This document shows positions 1-11,097 of a stretch of 64,000 nt of DNA, in pieces. The notes under the pieces are model-generated. The model made no database searches, was not told the origin of the DNA, and saw only the letters and a list, made by a program, of their open reading frames with translations. The DNA is from Podarcis vaucheri. Lineage: Eukaryota. The stretch lies in the NCBI GenBank assembly GCA_965113315.1, contig OZ220382.1, one strand, 5' to 3'. Positions within the stretch are counted from its first letter, which is position 1, and each line of letters opens with the position of its first letter. The translations under genes were made by a program, and so were the position numbers.

Positions 1-1557
1 TTCTGATTGGCAAGTCCTAGGCTCTGTGGTTTAACTCACAGCACCACCCGCATCCCCATGGCTCGCATACTGGGTTATAAAATGGTATCTATTTTTGCCC
101 AACCCTGGCAGAAAGCCATACTACACATACCAGTTCTCTGTCGTGTCTGAAGAGGACTCCCAGGCCTGAACATACACAGATCCATCCAGCTAGCTCACAA
201 AATTAAGCCAAGCCTTAGACAACAAGGTTTCATGGCTCCGTAGCTCAATATAAGGCATTATTTCATCCCTAGAAACTCAGCTTTCAGCCTTCCATGTCAG
301 CCCACGTCCATTGATGGGAACTGTCCCTGTTTGCATTCGCACCTATCTATCTGTTTACTCACTATGCAAATTATCTACTGAGCATGTTCATATTTTCACC
401 GTGGTCCAAAAACAAGGCTTAGTGTATGCAAACTGACTGACCATGGAAATGGAATAAGCACCATGCATGAATTGATTTTTTTAAAAAGCAAGTGTAATGA
501 GTTTGGAACCAATCCGGGAATAAGATTGAATGTCCCTAGATGAAGTGTAGAAAAATATATATAGGGGGTGGTAGAAATTCACTGAATTTTCAAGTGTGCA
601 ATTGCAATTTTGCTCAGTGCACATATGAGAGAACTATTAATTCATGCGCTGAATGGGGGAAAGGCAACTAAAACAGGTGGTCTATTACCAGTTCCATTAA
701 ACAAGAAATTTATGCGTTACATATCCATCTTGAGGCAATTAGGCTGATCTCCCTCCCCCCCCCTTTTTATGGCTTCATTGAAAACTTCTGGCAATGAAGC
801 AATTAAAAAGTAACTATCCAAGCATTTATCTAGGATATCAAAGACAACCAGCTCAGCCTTTGAATCAGAACCAAGTTGCTTCACCCTCCACTGGGGGTGG
901 GGTGGGGTGGGGGACTATTGACAACTGATAAAGCCAATTTCTCAGCTGTCACACAAATATAATGCAACTTTTATCCACTGTCTGCCAAAATCACACAGTG
1001 TGGAATTGCTTACTCATTATCTGCTTAATTTTCTGTATGAAAAAATATATATTTTAAGGCAAAGGCTCTACTCTTAAGGGCTGGTGGTCTCTAAATCAAC
1101 AGGAAGAGGGAAATACTATATGGCTATGCTCTGCCTCTATGGTCAGAGACAAAAATGCTCCTAAATGCCAGCTTTTGGAAACCTCAGATGAGGAGAGTGC
1201 TCTTGTGCTTTAAGAAGCCTAAATTTGTCTGTGTTCATAAATAATCATATGCAAATTCAGTGCAAATTTATGACATGGGCCCATGCCCTGAAGTACCTAG
1301 CAATGCCCTTGCAGCAAAGGGAACAGGTGGCAGAGTTAAACCACACACAACTGTTCAGTGAGAGTCAGAAGCTCAGAACCAGGAGGTTGGGGCCAAAAGT
1401 CAGCCATTAAAGCTAAGGGTTTGAGCTGAGGAACACACCTAGAGTCAGAATAAACCAGAGCTTTGAAAAGCTATCATTGCCCAGGCAAGCTTCCCTCCCT
1501 CCTGTTGCAGAAAGCCTGTACAGGAAGAATGAATCCAATAATTGGGAACATTCTGTG

Positions 1558-1804
1558 GTGTGGTGTAGTGGTTAAGAGCGGTAGTCATGTAATCTGGGGA
1601 ACCGGGTTCGCGTCTCCGCTCCTCCACATGCAGCTGCTGGGTGACCTTGGGCCAGTCACACTTCTTTGAAGTCTCTCAGCCCCACTTACCTCACAGAGTG
1701 TTTGTTGTGGGGGAGGAAGGGAAAGGAGATTGTTAGCCGCTTTGAGACTCCTGAAGGGGAGTGAAAGGCGGGATATCAAATCCAAACTCTTCTTCTTCTT
1801 CTTC
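1558..1804 (+). mobile_element. tRNA-derived SINE (Squam3/MIR-like) with (CTT)n tail
   Basis: A box TGGTGTAGTGG, B box GGGTTCGCGTCTCC, CORE-like GCTGGGTGACCTTGGGCCAGTCAC, (CTT)n tail. Confidence 0.85.
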
Positions 1805-1982
1805 CTCCACATGCAGCTGCTGGGTGACCTTGGGCCAGCCACACTTCTCTAAAGTCTCTCAGCCCCACTCACCTCACAGAGTGTTTGTTGTGGGGGAGGA
1901 AGGGAAAGGAGAATGTTAGCCGCCTTGAGACTCCTTCGGGTAGTGATAAAGCGGGATATCAAATCCAAACTCTTCTTCTTCT
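1805..1982 (+). mobile_element. Headless second copy of the same SINE, in tandem
   Basis: Repeats 1622-1804 with diagnostic differences and has its own (CTT)n tail. Confidence 0.85.
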
Positions 1983-2479
1983 ATTGTCTGTGGAGATCCT
2001 GCAGCTTAGCTCTCATAGTTTACCACATTGGTCAGCCATGAACCAAGCTGGTGGCTTTCAGCTTCATCTCTGGTAGCTCCTGATAATAGGGGTTAGCACA
2101 CAGAGAGCACTACAGAGAAATATTTTTACTACTGCAGTATAGTGGTGTTTCAGATTGCATGTGCAAATGCTTACAGACACTCAGGGGCAGCCATGGAATT
2201 GACCCCAAAGGAAGCATTTTGAAAGCAATTGCGGCTAACCCTTTATCTGGAGAAGGGAAATGGAATGAAAACTATATCTTGCGACAGGAATTAATATAGC
2301 GTCAGTAAGACAGAACTTTATCTGCTTTTGTTTAGACATGTAGGTGGCCATGAATCTTTCAGGAGGCTTTTTGCAGAGACTCTAACACAAACAATCAGAG
2401 AAAACTACTTGGGCAATGGCTGCACAGGATGTGAGCAAGCCCTAAAGCAGTTCAAGATGAGAGAAAAAGAGAAATAGGT

Positions 2480-2803
2480 ATGTGTGTGTGTGTATTTCTC
2501 ATGAAAACCCGCATGCATTTTAGTATTTCTCCTAGTATACAAATTTTCATTTGTCTGATATACACATTCTGATGAACCAGTTTACTTAAATATAACATGG
2601 TTTTCTATGTTGTTTTCACTAATTTTATGCACTTTTGTGGACATTTTACCCCAGCATATGCTGCTGCTTTTTTTTTGGCAGGAGAACTGCCCTGCAAAAC
2701 TCAATTTTGAAGAATAGCTAGGTTTTAGTTCTCGTACTGTTTTGGTTGTAGCCTAGGTTTGCCTTTAAAAATGAGTTGAATCAAATTTCTTCCCCCACCC
2801 CTA
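2480..2803 (-). repeat. Unclassified old interspersed repeat (related pieces at ~15165-15780, 17650-17925, 22125-22270, 24385-24600, 40995-41335, 61820-62200)
   Basis: Recurrent AT-rich motifs such as ttctcctaatatacac, gttattttcactaat, ggagaactgca(c/g)tgcaaaat and aaatttct(t/c)cccc(c)a(c/t)ccct in several copies. Confidence 0.6.
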
Positions 2804-3868
2804 GGTCAAAATTAAGGGAGAGAAGAATAACAGAGACCTCATTGTGAGAGTTTACTATAGATCCCTAAGCCAAACGAAGGACATAGATGATGCCTTCCTG
2901 GAACAGATGGCAAAGCATGCAAAAGGAAGGGAGATAGTAGTAATGGGGGACTTCAATTACCCGGATATTTGTTGGATGTCAAACTCAGCCAAGAGCATAA
3001 GGTCAAACAGATTCCTCACTGGCCTTGCAGACAACTCCATTGTCCAGAAAGTGGGAGAAGCAACATCTTTATCAACATCTTTATCAACGACTTGGATGAT
3101 GGACTCAAGGGCATCCTGATTGCATTTGGGCAAAAAAAATGAGAGGCACAAATACAAGATGGGTGACACCTGGCTTGAGAGCAGTACATGTGAAAAGGAT
3201 CTAGGAGTCTTGGTTGACCACAAACTTGACATGAGCCAATAGTGTGACGCGGCAGCTAAAAAAGCCAATGCAATTCTGGGCTGCATCAATAGGAGTATAG
3301 CATCTAGATCAAGGGAAGTAATAGTGCCACTGTATTCTGCTCTGGTCAGGCCTCACCTGGAGTACTGTGTCCAGTTCTGGGCACCACAGTTCAAGAAGGA
3401 CACTGACAAACTGGAACGTGTCCAGAGGAGAGCAACGAAAATGGTAAAAGGCCTGGAAACGATGCCTTATGAGGAACGGCTAAGGGAGCTGGGCATGTTT
3501 AGCCTGGAGAAGAGGAGGTTAAGGGGTGATATGATAGCCATGTTCAAATATATAAAAGGATGTCATATAGAGGAGGGAGAAAGGTTGTTTTCTGCTGCTC
3601 CATAGAAGTGGACACAGAGCAATGGATCCAAGCTACAAGAAAGAAGATTCCACCTAAACATTAGGAAGAACTTCCTGACAGTAAGAGCTGTTCAACAGTG
3701 GAATTTGCTGCCAAGGAGTGTGGTGGAGTCTCCTTCTTTGGAGGTCTTTAAGCAGAGGCTTGACAACCATATGTCAGGAGTGCTCTGATGGTGTTTCCTG
3801 CTTGGCAGGGGGTTGGACTCGATGGCCCTTGTGGTCTATTCCAACTCTATGATTCTATGATTCTATGA
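2804..3868 (+). mobile_element. CR1 LINE fragment with two internal deletions, same subfamily as 45013-48575
   Basis: ORF2 pieces (VYYRS...[10 protein letters not shown]; [20 protein letters not shown]) near-identical to the long CR1, with 3' (ATTCTATG)n tail. Confidence 0.97.
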
Positions 3869-4099
3869 CTGGAGGGGCAGTTGAATATAATTTCAATATT
3901 GCTAATGGGATGTTCTCCACTGCATCCAGGGGCAACAGTCTAATTGTGGGGTGCAAGACAACTTACCTGGCACACATAGCTCTGATCCTCCAACAGAAGT
4001 ATATAGCCAAGGGGCTTAGGAAGAATAAATAGCCAGGGGGCTGCTGCAGCTTTTCCCAACACCTGCTGGCAGAAGCAGGGGACACACTCTGTAAAATGC

Positions 4100-4236
4100 T
4101 GGGCTGGGAAACATTTGGCCCTCTGGATGTTGCTGGACTACAACTCCCATCATCCCTGATCACTGGCCACACTGGTTGGGGCAGATGGGAATTGGAAATC
4201 CAGCAACCTTTGGAGAGCCAAAGGTTCCCCAGCCCT
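4100..4236. mobile_element. hAT-like MITE (ggactacaactcccatcatccctga family; further copies ~5056-5180, 7570-7640, 50852-50970, 56160-56287, 56655-56765)
   Basis: Imperfect palindrome with the shared core seen in many copies. Confidence 0.7.
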
Positions 4237-4252
4237 GTTTAATGGTATAGCC

Positions 4253-4276
4253 GTGTGTGTGTGTGTGTGTGTGTGT
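4253..4276. repeat. (GT)n microsatellite
   Basis: Direct observation. Confidence 0.95.
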
Positions 4277-4919
4277 GCTCGTGCTAGGTTCCATTTTAGG
4301 TAAAATTATCTGTTTCATGCACTTGCTAGCATTTCTTCCCCTTCCCAACTGTGAAAAGTGTTTATATTTATGTAATAATCCATACCTGAGGCTCATGCTG
4401 AGTAAGTGTTATGCTGAGCCTGGCTGATAATGATTAATATGCAGTTTAAGACTCCTTTGGTCCTGCCGGAGGAAGTGCCACTGCAGTTGGGTGAGATGCT
4501 AAAACTTTGCTTGTCCTGTTTGTAGAAATAACAGGCAGCTGGCCAGAGTTCACATTGCTACACTACAATGGAAGGCCATGCTCTCATCAGCAATGATTCA
4601 TGCATGGTATATATTTGGCCACTGTTTTGCACATTTATCCTGAGATCCTATACACCAGGGATGCAGAACTGTGGCCTTCCAGATGTTTCTGGACACATTT
4701 ATCCCATGGCCCAACATTCCAACCCCATGCTGGTCTTTCATTTAGAGGCAATCCAAGCTGAGTAGCAGTCAACCCCAAAGGGCAGCTATAGCCATTTGGG
4801 GAAGTCCACTCTAACCCTAAGTTTCAAGATACCTTCAGTTACATGTGTACCAAATTCCAGCTTTCTGGTTAGCATGAAACTAGCTTAAGAAGTTTTCACC
4901 TTGGGCATTTTGGAAATAA

Positions 4920-5049
4920 TGGGTTGTATTAAACTAAGTTCTACTCAGAGTAGTTCTACCCATTGAAATTAATGAACCTAAGTTATTCATGTCCATTAAC
5001 TTCATTGGTTCTACTAGCATGAACAGAGCTGGCATCAAATGCTACCCAA
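4920..5049. mobile_element. Old palindromic MITE (Harbinger-like)
   Basis: Ends tgggttgtat...gctaccca with an internal palindrome (cccattgaaattaatg...cattaacttcattgg). Confidence 0.55.
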
Positions 5050-5672
5050 TCTCAAGGATAAGGAACTTGTGTGCCTCTAGTTGTTGCTAGACTTCAACTC
5101 CCATTATCCCTGACCATTGGCCATGTTGGCTATTCGGAGTTGGAGGCCAACATGATTGGGAAGGTCACAGGTTCCCCATCTTTGGTACACACACTCACCT
5201 AACTGAAATAAGTCCCACAGTACCCAACAGGGCTTACATCTGAGTGTGCGTATATAGGTTTCTGCATTATTGGTCTAATCACATGGGCTGCATAACATGG
5301 AAGATATGATGAAAGTTGATAGTATAATTATTGATTGTTTTATTTCTCACCATTGCTAGCCCTTTTCACATGGTCAACAACCACATAGGCTGAAAGCTTG
5401 GAGGGTAGGGGAATTGCACCCACTGCTCCCACATCTAATCACCACACATCTGTAGGCTATGACACAGAAACGATGAGTGTGTGGACACTGAGGGCAGGGA
5501 CAGAACGTGCAATCTCCTGGACCTTCGGTGCAGTGGTGGCTGGTGCCAGTTGGGACTGACTGAGAGGAAAATGGGGAGATCAATAGCAGGAGGTGCTAAA
5601 GCAGGCAGAGCCATTTGTCCCCAGGTTTGTCCCCATGCTCCTTCCTGCTAAGTTATACAAAACCAAAGCTGT

Positions 5673-5873
5673 GGGCACACCCACACCACACTTTTCAAGT
5701 ACATTCAACACACATTTAAAGCACATGGCCTCCTCAAAGTATCCTGGGAACTGTAGTTTGTTAAGGGACCTGGGACATAGGAATCTGTGAATGGGAATCT
5801 GCAGTTCTAAGTATTTCTTTAGGAAAAGTTATGTGCTTTAAATGTGCATTGAATGCATGGTGTGTATCTACCC
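5673..5873. mobile_element. PIF/Harbinger-like MITE (catttaaagcac family; other pieces ~33420-33580, 52307-52490, 57425-57560)
   Basis: Inverted ends gggcacacccacacca...tggtgtgtatctaccc and inner inverted pair cacatttaaagcacat/atgtgctttaaatgtg. Confidence 0.65.
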
Positions 5874-6137
5874 TGAGATTGAAGAGAAGGCAGCAAATGG
5901 CCAGGACACCCCCATGACTGATAGTAAGAAGGCAAGTAGGTCAGAGGTGGTTGAAGAAAACCGGATGCTGGTGGAGCAGTGCTTTGGATGCCCTAATGGA
6001 CCAACCTCCACAGCTTCCAAGTGTTCAGCCCACATGATTTCCAATCATGTGAAAAAGGGAACAGAATATGAGTTTTATAGAGTAGCATAGACAGAAAGAA
6101 AGATGGTAGGTTGATGTCTAAAGTCTAAATGTTTGCA

Positions 6138-6190
6138 AGGGAGGGAGGGAGAGAGGGAGGGAGGGAGGAAGGAAGGAAGGAGGGAAGGAG
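6138..6190. repeat. (GGGA)n/(GGAA)n polypurine microsatellite
   Basis: Direct observation. Confidence 0.9.
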
Positions 6191-6231
6191 AGATGAAATG
6201 TAACAATGTTTTAATGTAAGTCAACACATTC

Positions 6232-6395
6232 AGGGTATGGTCTGAAGGCACACAAGGCCACCAACTTGCCAAAGCCAAGAGGGTCTGAGCCTGCTCAGTG
6301 CCTGGATGAGTGATCACATGTGCCTTCAAACTACTTGTATGCCATCTTAGGTTCCATGACTGAAGAAATATGAGATACAAACTCAAGGAAATAAC
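6232..6395 (+). mobile_element. Possible degenerate 5S rRNA-derived SINE (SINE3-like)
   Basis: aagccaagagggtctgagcctgctcagtgcctggatgagtgatc resembles the 5S internal control region aagctaagcagggtcgggcctggttagtacttggatgggagacc; A-rich end. Confidence 0.4.
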
Positions 6396-7837
6396 ATTAA
6401 AAACAAATAATCAATATTCAAGTTTCATTCTGGTTGGAAATGGAAAACTAAAGGATTATGCAGTTGGATTTCCTGAATTTTGAGGAGGGCCTTGAAGGAC
6501 AAGAATGAGGTGGAACCACCAAACTCCTCAGGGAGAGAGTTCCAAGCATGAGGGACAATGAGGTATGTAGTTGCTTAAGGAAGCAGGAGACATTTGACTA
6601 GTTGTGAGTGTTAAGGGATCTGAAAGTCATAGGCAAGCATACGAAACAGAAATAAGAAGAGAAAACTGGGATGGTCCATATTTCCCATTATAGCTCTAGC
6701 TGTGAACTTTGCTCCTTCAACTCTATCGCTCCTTAGGTAATTCAGTAAGGATCAATCTATGTTACAGGATAATGAAACAGCAAACAGGAGGATTAGTTCC
6801 AGACATCTGGTCCATGCCAAGAATAACAGGTCCCCAAGGACTGACTTTCTTCACTGCAACAGGATTCATCAGATGCGCAACAGCAATTATATGAAATATA
6901 ATCATTGAACTTGGCCATACCATATTGGCTGCTCTTGCTGCCTTGCTGAAACAAAGGCTGCTGGGGGGGGGAGGGCTTCTGTGTTGCCACTTCAGGATTT
7001 CCCACCCCACCCCAAGCATCTGCACGTGTTTGCTTCAGCTGTCTGTAAAGGAATTTGTTCACAAAGTATAGAAACTGAGAATGGAATTATGTAACCACCA
7101 ATATTTTACAAAACAAAATAGAGGCGGTGTTATATAACATCCTTATTTTCAAAGGAAGGATAGCATAGAGTTCTTCCCTTCCCACCCGCACTATGGCACT
7201 TTTCTAAAATCTCTTGTTTGTTCTTGTCTTACTTTACAATATCTTGCCTTGCAATGGCTTTGTTTTTTGTTTTGCTTGTTTGTTTTGAAAAAAGAATCTG
7301 CTTGTAATTGCTTCATGGATGCAAGGGTTTTCTGCATTCACCACTGGTCAACAGTGATGGTCCTGTCATTGCAAGAATGCTTTTTTGAGGACGGGGAGTG
7401 AGGTGCAGTATTTCAGGTTTTGTAGAATGTGATAAATATGGGCACCAGGCACCCAGCTTCTGTATCCTCTGACCAAATGATTGAGATATACATTTGGAGC
7501 TGCAGAGGTTGGAGGTGGGCTTCTGAAAAGAGATGCCAACCCACAGCCTATTGGGAATGCTGTTTAGTGCAGAGCTCTTCAACCTCAAGTTGCACGATGT
7601 TGCTGGAGTACAGCTCCCATCATCCCTGACCATTGACTAACACTGGTCTAGTACTGCGACCACTTGGACCACTGCATATCAGTATGAACAGCTGTCATAT
7701 CTATGATGGGTGACCTCAGTCTTCACCGGCAATGAAAACAGACTTATGCTCCTTCCCGGCTCTAGGGATTCATAGTAATACATACTTATGCATCTGTCAC
7801 GCCATAAAAAAACAACAATGAACAAGCCCTGACAATC

Positions 7838-7985
7838 AGGTAGCTTCATGTTAGAGCACACAGAAGGTCCAAGCTTCGACCCTAACATCTCCAGGTAAGG
7901 CTGGAAAAGTCCCATATCTAAAACTCTGGTGACCTACTGCCATTTGGAGAAGATAATGAACTAGCTGGAAGGTGGCTTCATGGTC
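7838..7985 (+). mobile_element. Degenerate tRNA-derived SINE (family also at 19655-19835 +, 21888-22082 -, 26600-26680 +, 40165-40350 +, 62725-62783 -)
   Basis: Best copy at 40165: gctgtagctcagtggtacggtatctgcttttcatgcagaaggtctcaggttcaatccctg (A/B boxes) plus shared 3' body. Confidence 0.65.
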
Positions 7986-9904
7986 CTGGCCTTGAGCTGA
8001 GACGAGGAGGAGGAAGAGCCAGCTGAGCACAAGGCTGCTAAACCACCAGCTGCAGAAGTGAACTAGGTCCCTAATGCTGATGGTTCAAAGCTGAGAGATC
8101 TTGAGCCTGGTGTTTTGGAACATGAAGATCCCAAACCAGGACTCTGACAGATGCCATCCTCCCAGCCTTACTCAGGAGATGAATGGAGGGCATCATGTAT
8201 TGCTATGCCTACCCAATTATGCAGGGAGCTCACCAGGTGGAAGTCCAGAGAAAGGTAAATAAAAGCTCATCTTCAGGCCATGGCTGGACCTTTATGAACC
8301 TCAAGGAGGAGGAAGAGAAGCAAGTTGCTTGTGTGGAGCTTTCCATGGTGTTGTATTGACCCAATGGATACATGGAACAGTGGGGAAAGGAGGACAGCAA
8401 GTGTCAGTCCAGCCTCCTACTTTCTATATAGTTGATTGACAGGAACTTTGAGGGGTTTTTAAATTTAAAACCCCCCATACATAAACTTTTCCATTTCCTC
8501 AGAGTTTAGGAAGGCGTCCAGGAAGACACTTTTTTAAAAAAAGAAACACCCGTCCAGTTTTCTTTTCTTCAATGTCTAGCATCAAGTTGTCAGTGCTTAC
8601 AAAGTCTCTTTTTATAAAAGGCTACAGCTGGAACTTTCAGGGGGAAATGCAACACCATTTATTTCAGGGATAAGGGAAAACGCAGCAGACGTTGCCTAGA
8701 CTTGGAACACGGCATTCATTCGTCAATACGTATCAATCCTGCTAACAATCATGACTCCAAGCCAGCTTGTAACAGACTTAGTGTGATAAGAGGGAACACA
8801 GTACGGATTTCTTGGCTTCTCTCCATCCCATAGTTTCCTAGGCAGGATAAGTTTAAGTGACTTTTGGAAGCACTGCAGTGAGCTGTGAATGATGGATGAA
8901 ATGAAAAATCTTTGCTCAGTGCACAGAGAGTAGAGGCGACGCTCGCCAAATCCCTTCTCTGCTGTGTCACTTATTATCTAGACACTTGATATGTGTCTTC
9001 GTGCGAGACACATCCCCCCGAATCCCCAGCAAGCCCTACCTTTTCAAAAAGAAAAAGAAAAAAGAGGGAATATTTAAATGTAGTTTTCCCCTCTGATACT
9101 TCTGCATCATTTATTAATGTGCTTTCCTTGCTATTTTCTGCCTATTTTGGTGACCTTACTAGCTACAGAGGCATTATGTGCACAAGGATCAAACTGTAGG
9201 CTACAGTTTGCTTTTGGAAAAAGATTAAGAGCACTTGAAAACTAAGCCAGGAGATGTTTATGAGTTTTCATACCATTACATACACAACAGATCAACAAGA
9301 CAGTCTGTTCTGCAATGAGTACAATCAGAAACAAATACGAGGTGTGAAATCTGGCCCTTCTTTTACTTCCACAGAGGTTCCCACTTTTCTACCCCATAGG
9401 CTTGGATATCCACATCCATGTTATAGGAAATCTTGGAAATCTCTGGAAATTGGATGTGCATCCTAATGTGGGATTATTTTCAGTAGGATACATATTTCAA
9501 TGGAGAGTCTCTCCATTGACTTTCCGTGGGATGTGCATCAACATGCAGATTGAAGCATGGCTGCTATCCATTACTTCTGGGATGCATGTCAAAGTACACA
9601 TCTAAATACAGCTGTTGTCTCTTGCTTTCACTGGGGTGCATCACATTTCTAGCTTTTTATCATTTCTCCCCCCCCCCAAAAAAAAAGAAAGCCCTTGGGG
9701 AAAGCTAGCCAGATAGAATTGGTGGTTTCTGGTTAATTTTCAGATCAGAAATTGAATCTTCCAAAGTATCATGCCATTTTTAATCAGGACTCTGTGCCAA
9801 TCCACAAAAAATTGAATGTCTGGATAAGCCAACATATAGACATCACTAGAGACAGATATATCAACCCATAAATAATAATTTTGAACAAAGATACTTTACA
9901 TATA

Positions 9905-10146
9905 CAGTGGTACCTCGGGTTACAGACGCTTCAGGTTACAGACGCTTCAGGTTACAGACTCCGCTAACCCAGAAATAGTACCTCAGGTTAAGAACTTTGC
10001 TTCAGGATGAGAACAGAAATTGCGTGCCAGCAGTGCGGCGGCAGCGGGAGGCCCCATTAGCTAAAGTGGTGCTTCAGTTTAAGAACAGTTTCAGGTTAAG
10101 AACGGACCTCCGGAACAAATTAAGTTCTTAACCTGAGGTACCACTG
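9905..10146 (+). mobile_element. Tc1/mariner (pogo/Tigger-like) MITE
   Basis: TIRs CAGTGGTACCTC(G/A)GGTTA, TA target duplication, internal ttcaggtta repeats. Confidence 0.93.
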
Positions 10147-11048
10147 TATGGACAACAGTCATCAGATGTTGAGTAAATCAGCAATGGACACACATGTGTG
10201 AGCCAGACTTTAGTCTCCTTTCAGAACAAACTGGGGAGAGGAAATGCAAAGAGGCATTTTGTTGGTGAAGCTAAGATTTTTAAAACTAGGGAGGAATCGC
10301 TGGAGCTGATGCCAAAAAGTTAAAACTGTCCAGCGACCCAAGCTATTCTTAGGCACAAACCAAGGGTTGGCCAGATTTGCCTGTTTCTGTACAAAACAGG
10401 TGCGCTGAGACCAGAGACATAGCTTTCTGCTGAGCTGTTCGAATTACAGGGGGCATCCACTACAGTTACCCTTGTGTCTCATTCTGATTTGAATCAGGAT
10501 CTAAATTAGGTTCAAAACAATCAGCGTTAGTGCTGAAAATTGGTGATTTCAATCAAGAATGTAGTGGAAAGAAGTAAAACAAATAAAAATGATAGACTTA
10601 GCCAGCTGTTCTATTTTTCCCTTTTTTAATCTCATAATCACCCATTATTGTCTTCTAAAAAGTCAGATGCTTTTGATTTTCTTTTCTTTCCTTTTTTAAA
10701 AAAAGATCATCTATGATTTCCAAAAAAAAAAAAAAACCAACCCCCCCCCCAACAAAGTATATGTTGTCAACAGTGCCATGTACAGAGGGTAAGGTTCCTG
10801 GATCAAAATTTCATAAAAAAGGAGACCCTGTTGCATTTACAGTGCTCAGAAATAAGTGGCATTCACCAATGTCCCATAAAAAAATGTGGTGTTCTACAGT
10901 AAGATCTGTTTATTTTGGAGGGAAGGGAACAGGAGGGAAGGGAAGTGTTTCTTATATCACTACTACGAGATGTGTGGTGTTTACCACCTGCAGGCTTACA
11001 GAGCAGAAGTAGCAGAACACCTAGAAGCACTTATCATTTACACTTATC

Positions 11049-11051
<3 letters not shown>

Positions 11052-11096
<45 letters not shown>
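11052..11096. repeat. (TAA)n microsatellite at the L2 tail
   Basis: About 15 TAA units. Confidence 0.95.
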
Positions 11097-11097
<1 letters not shown>

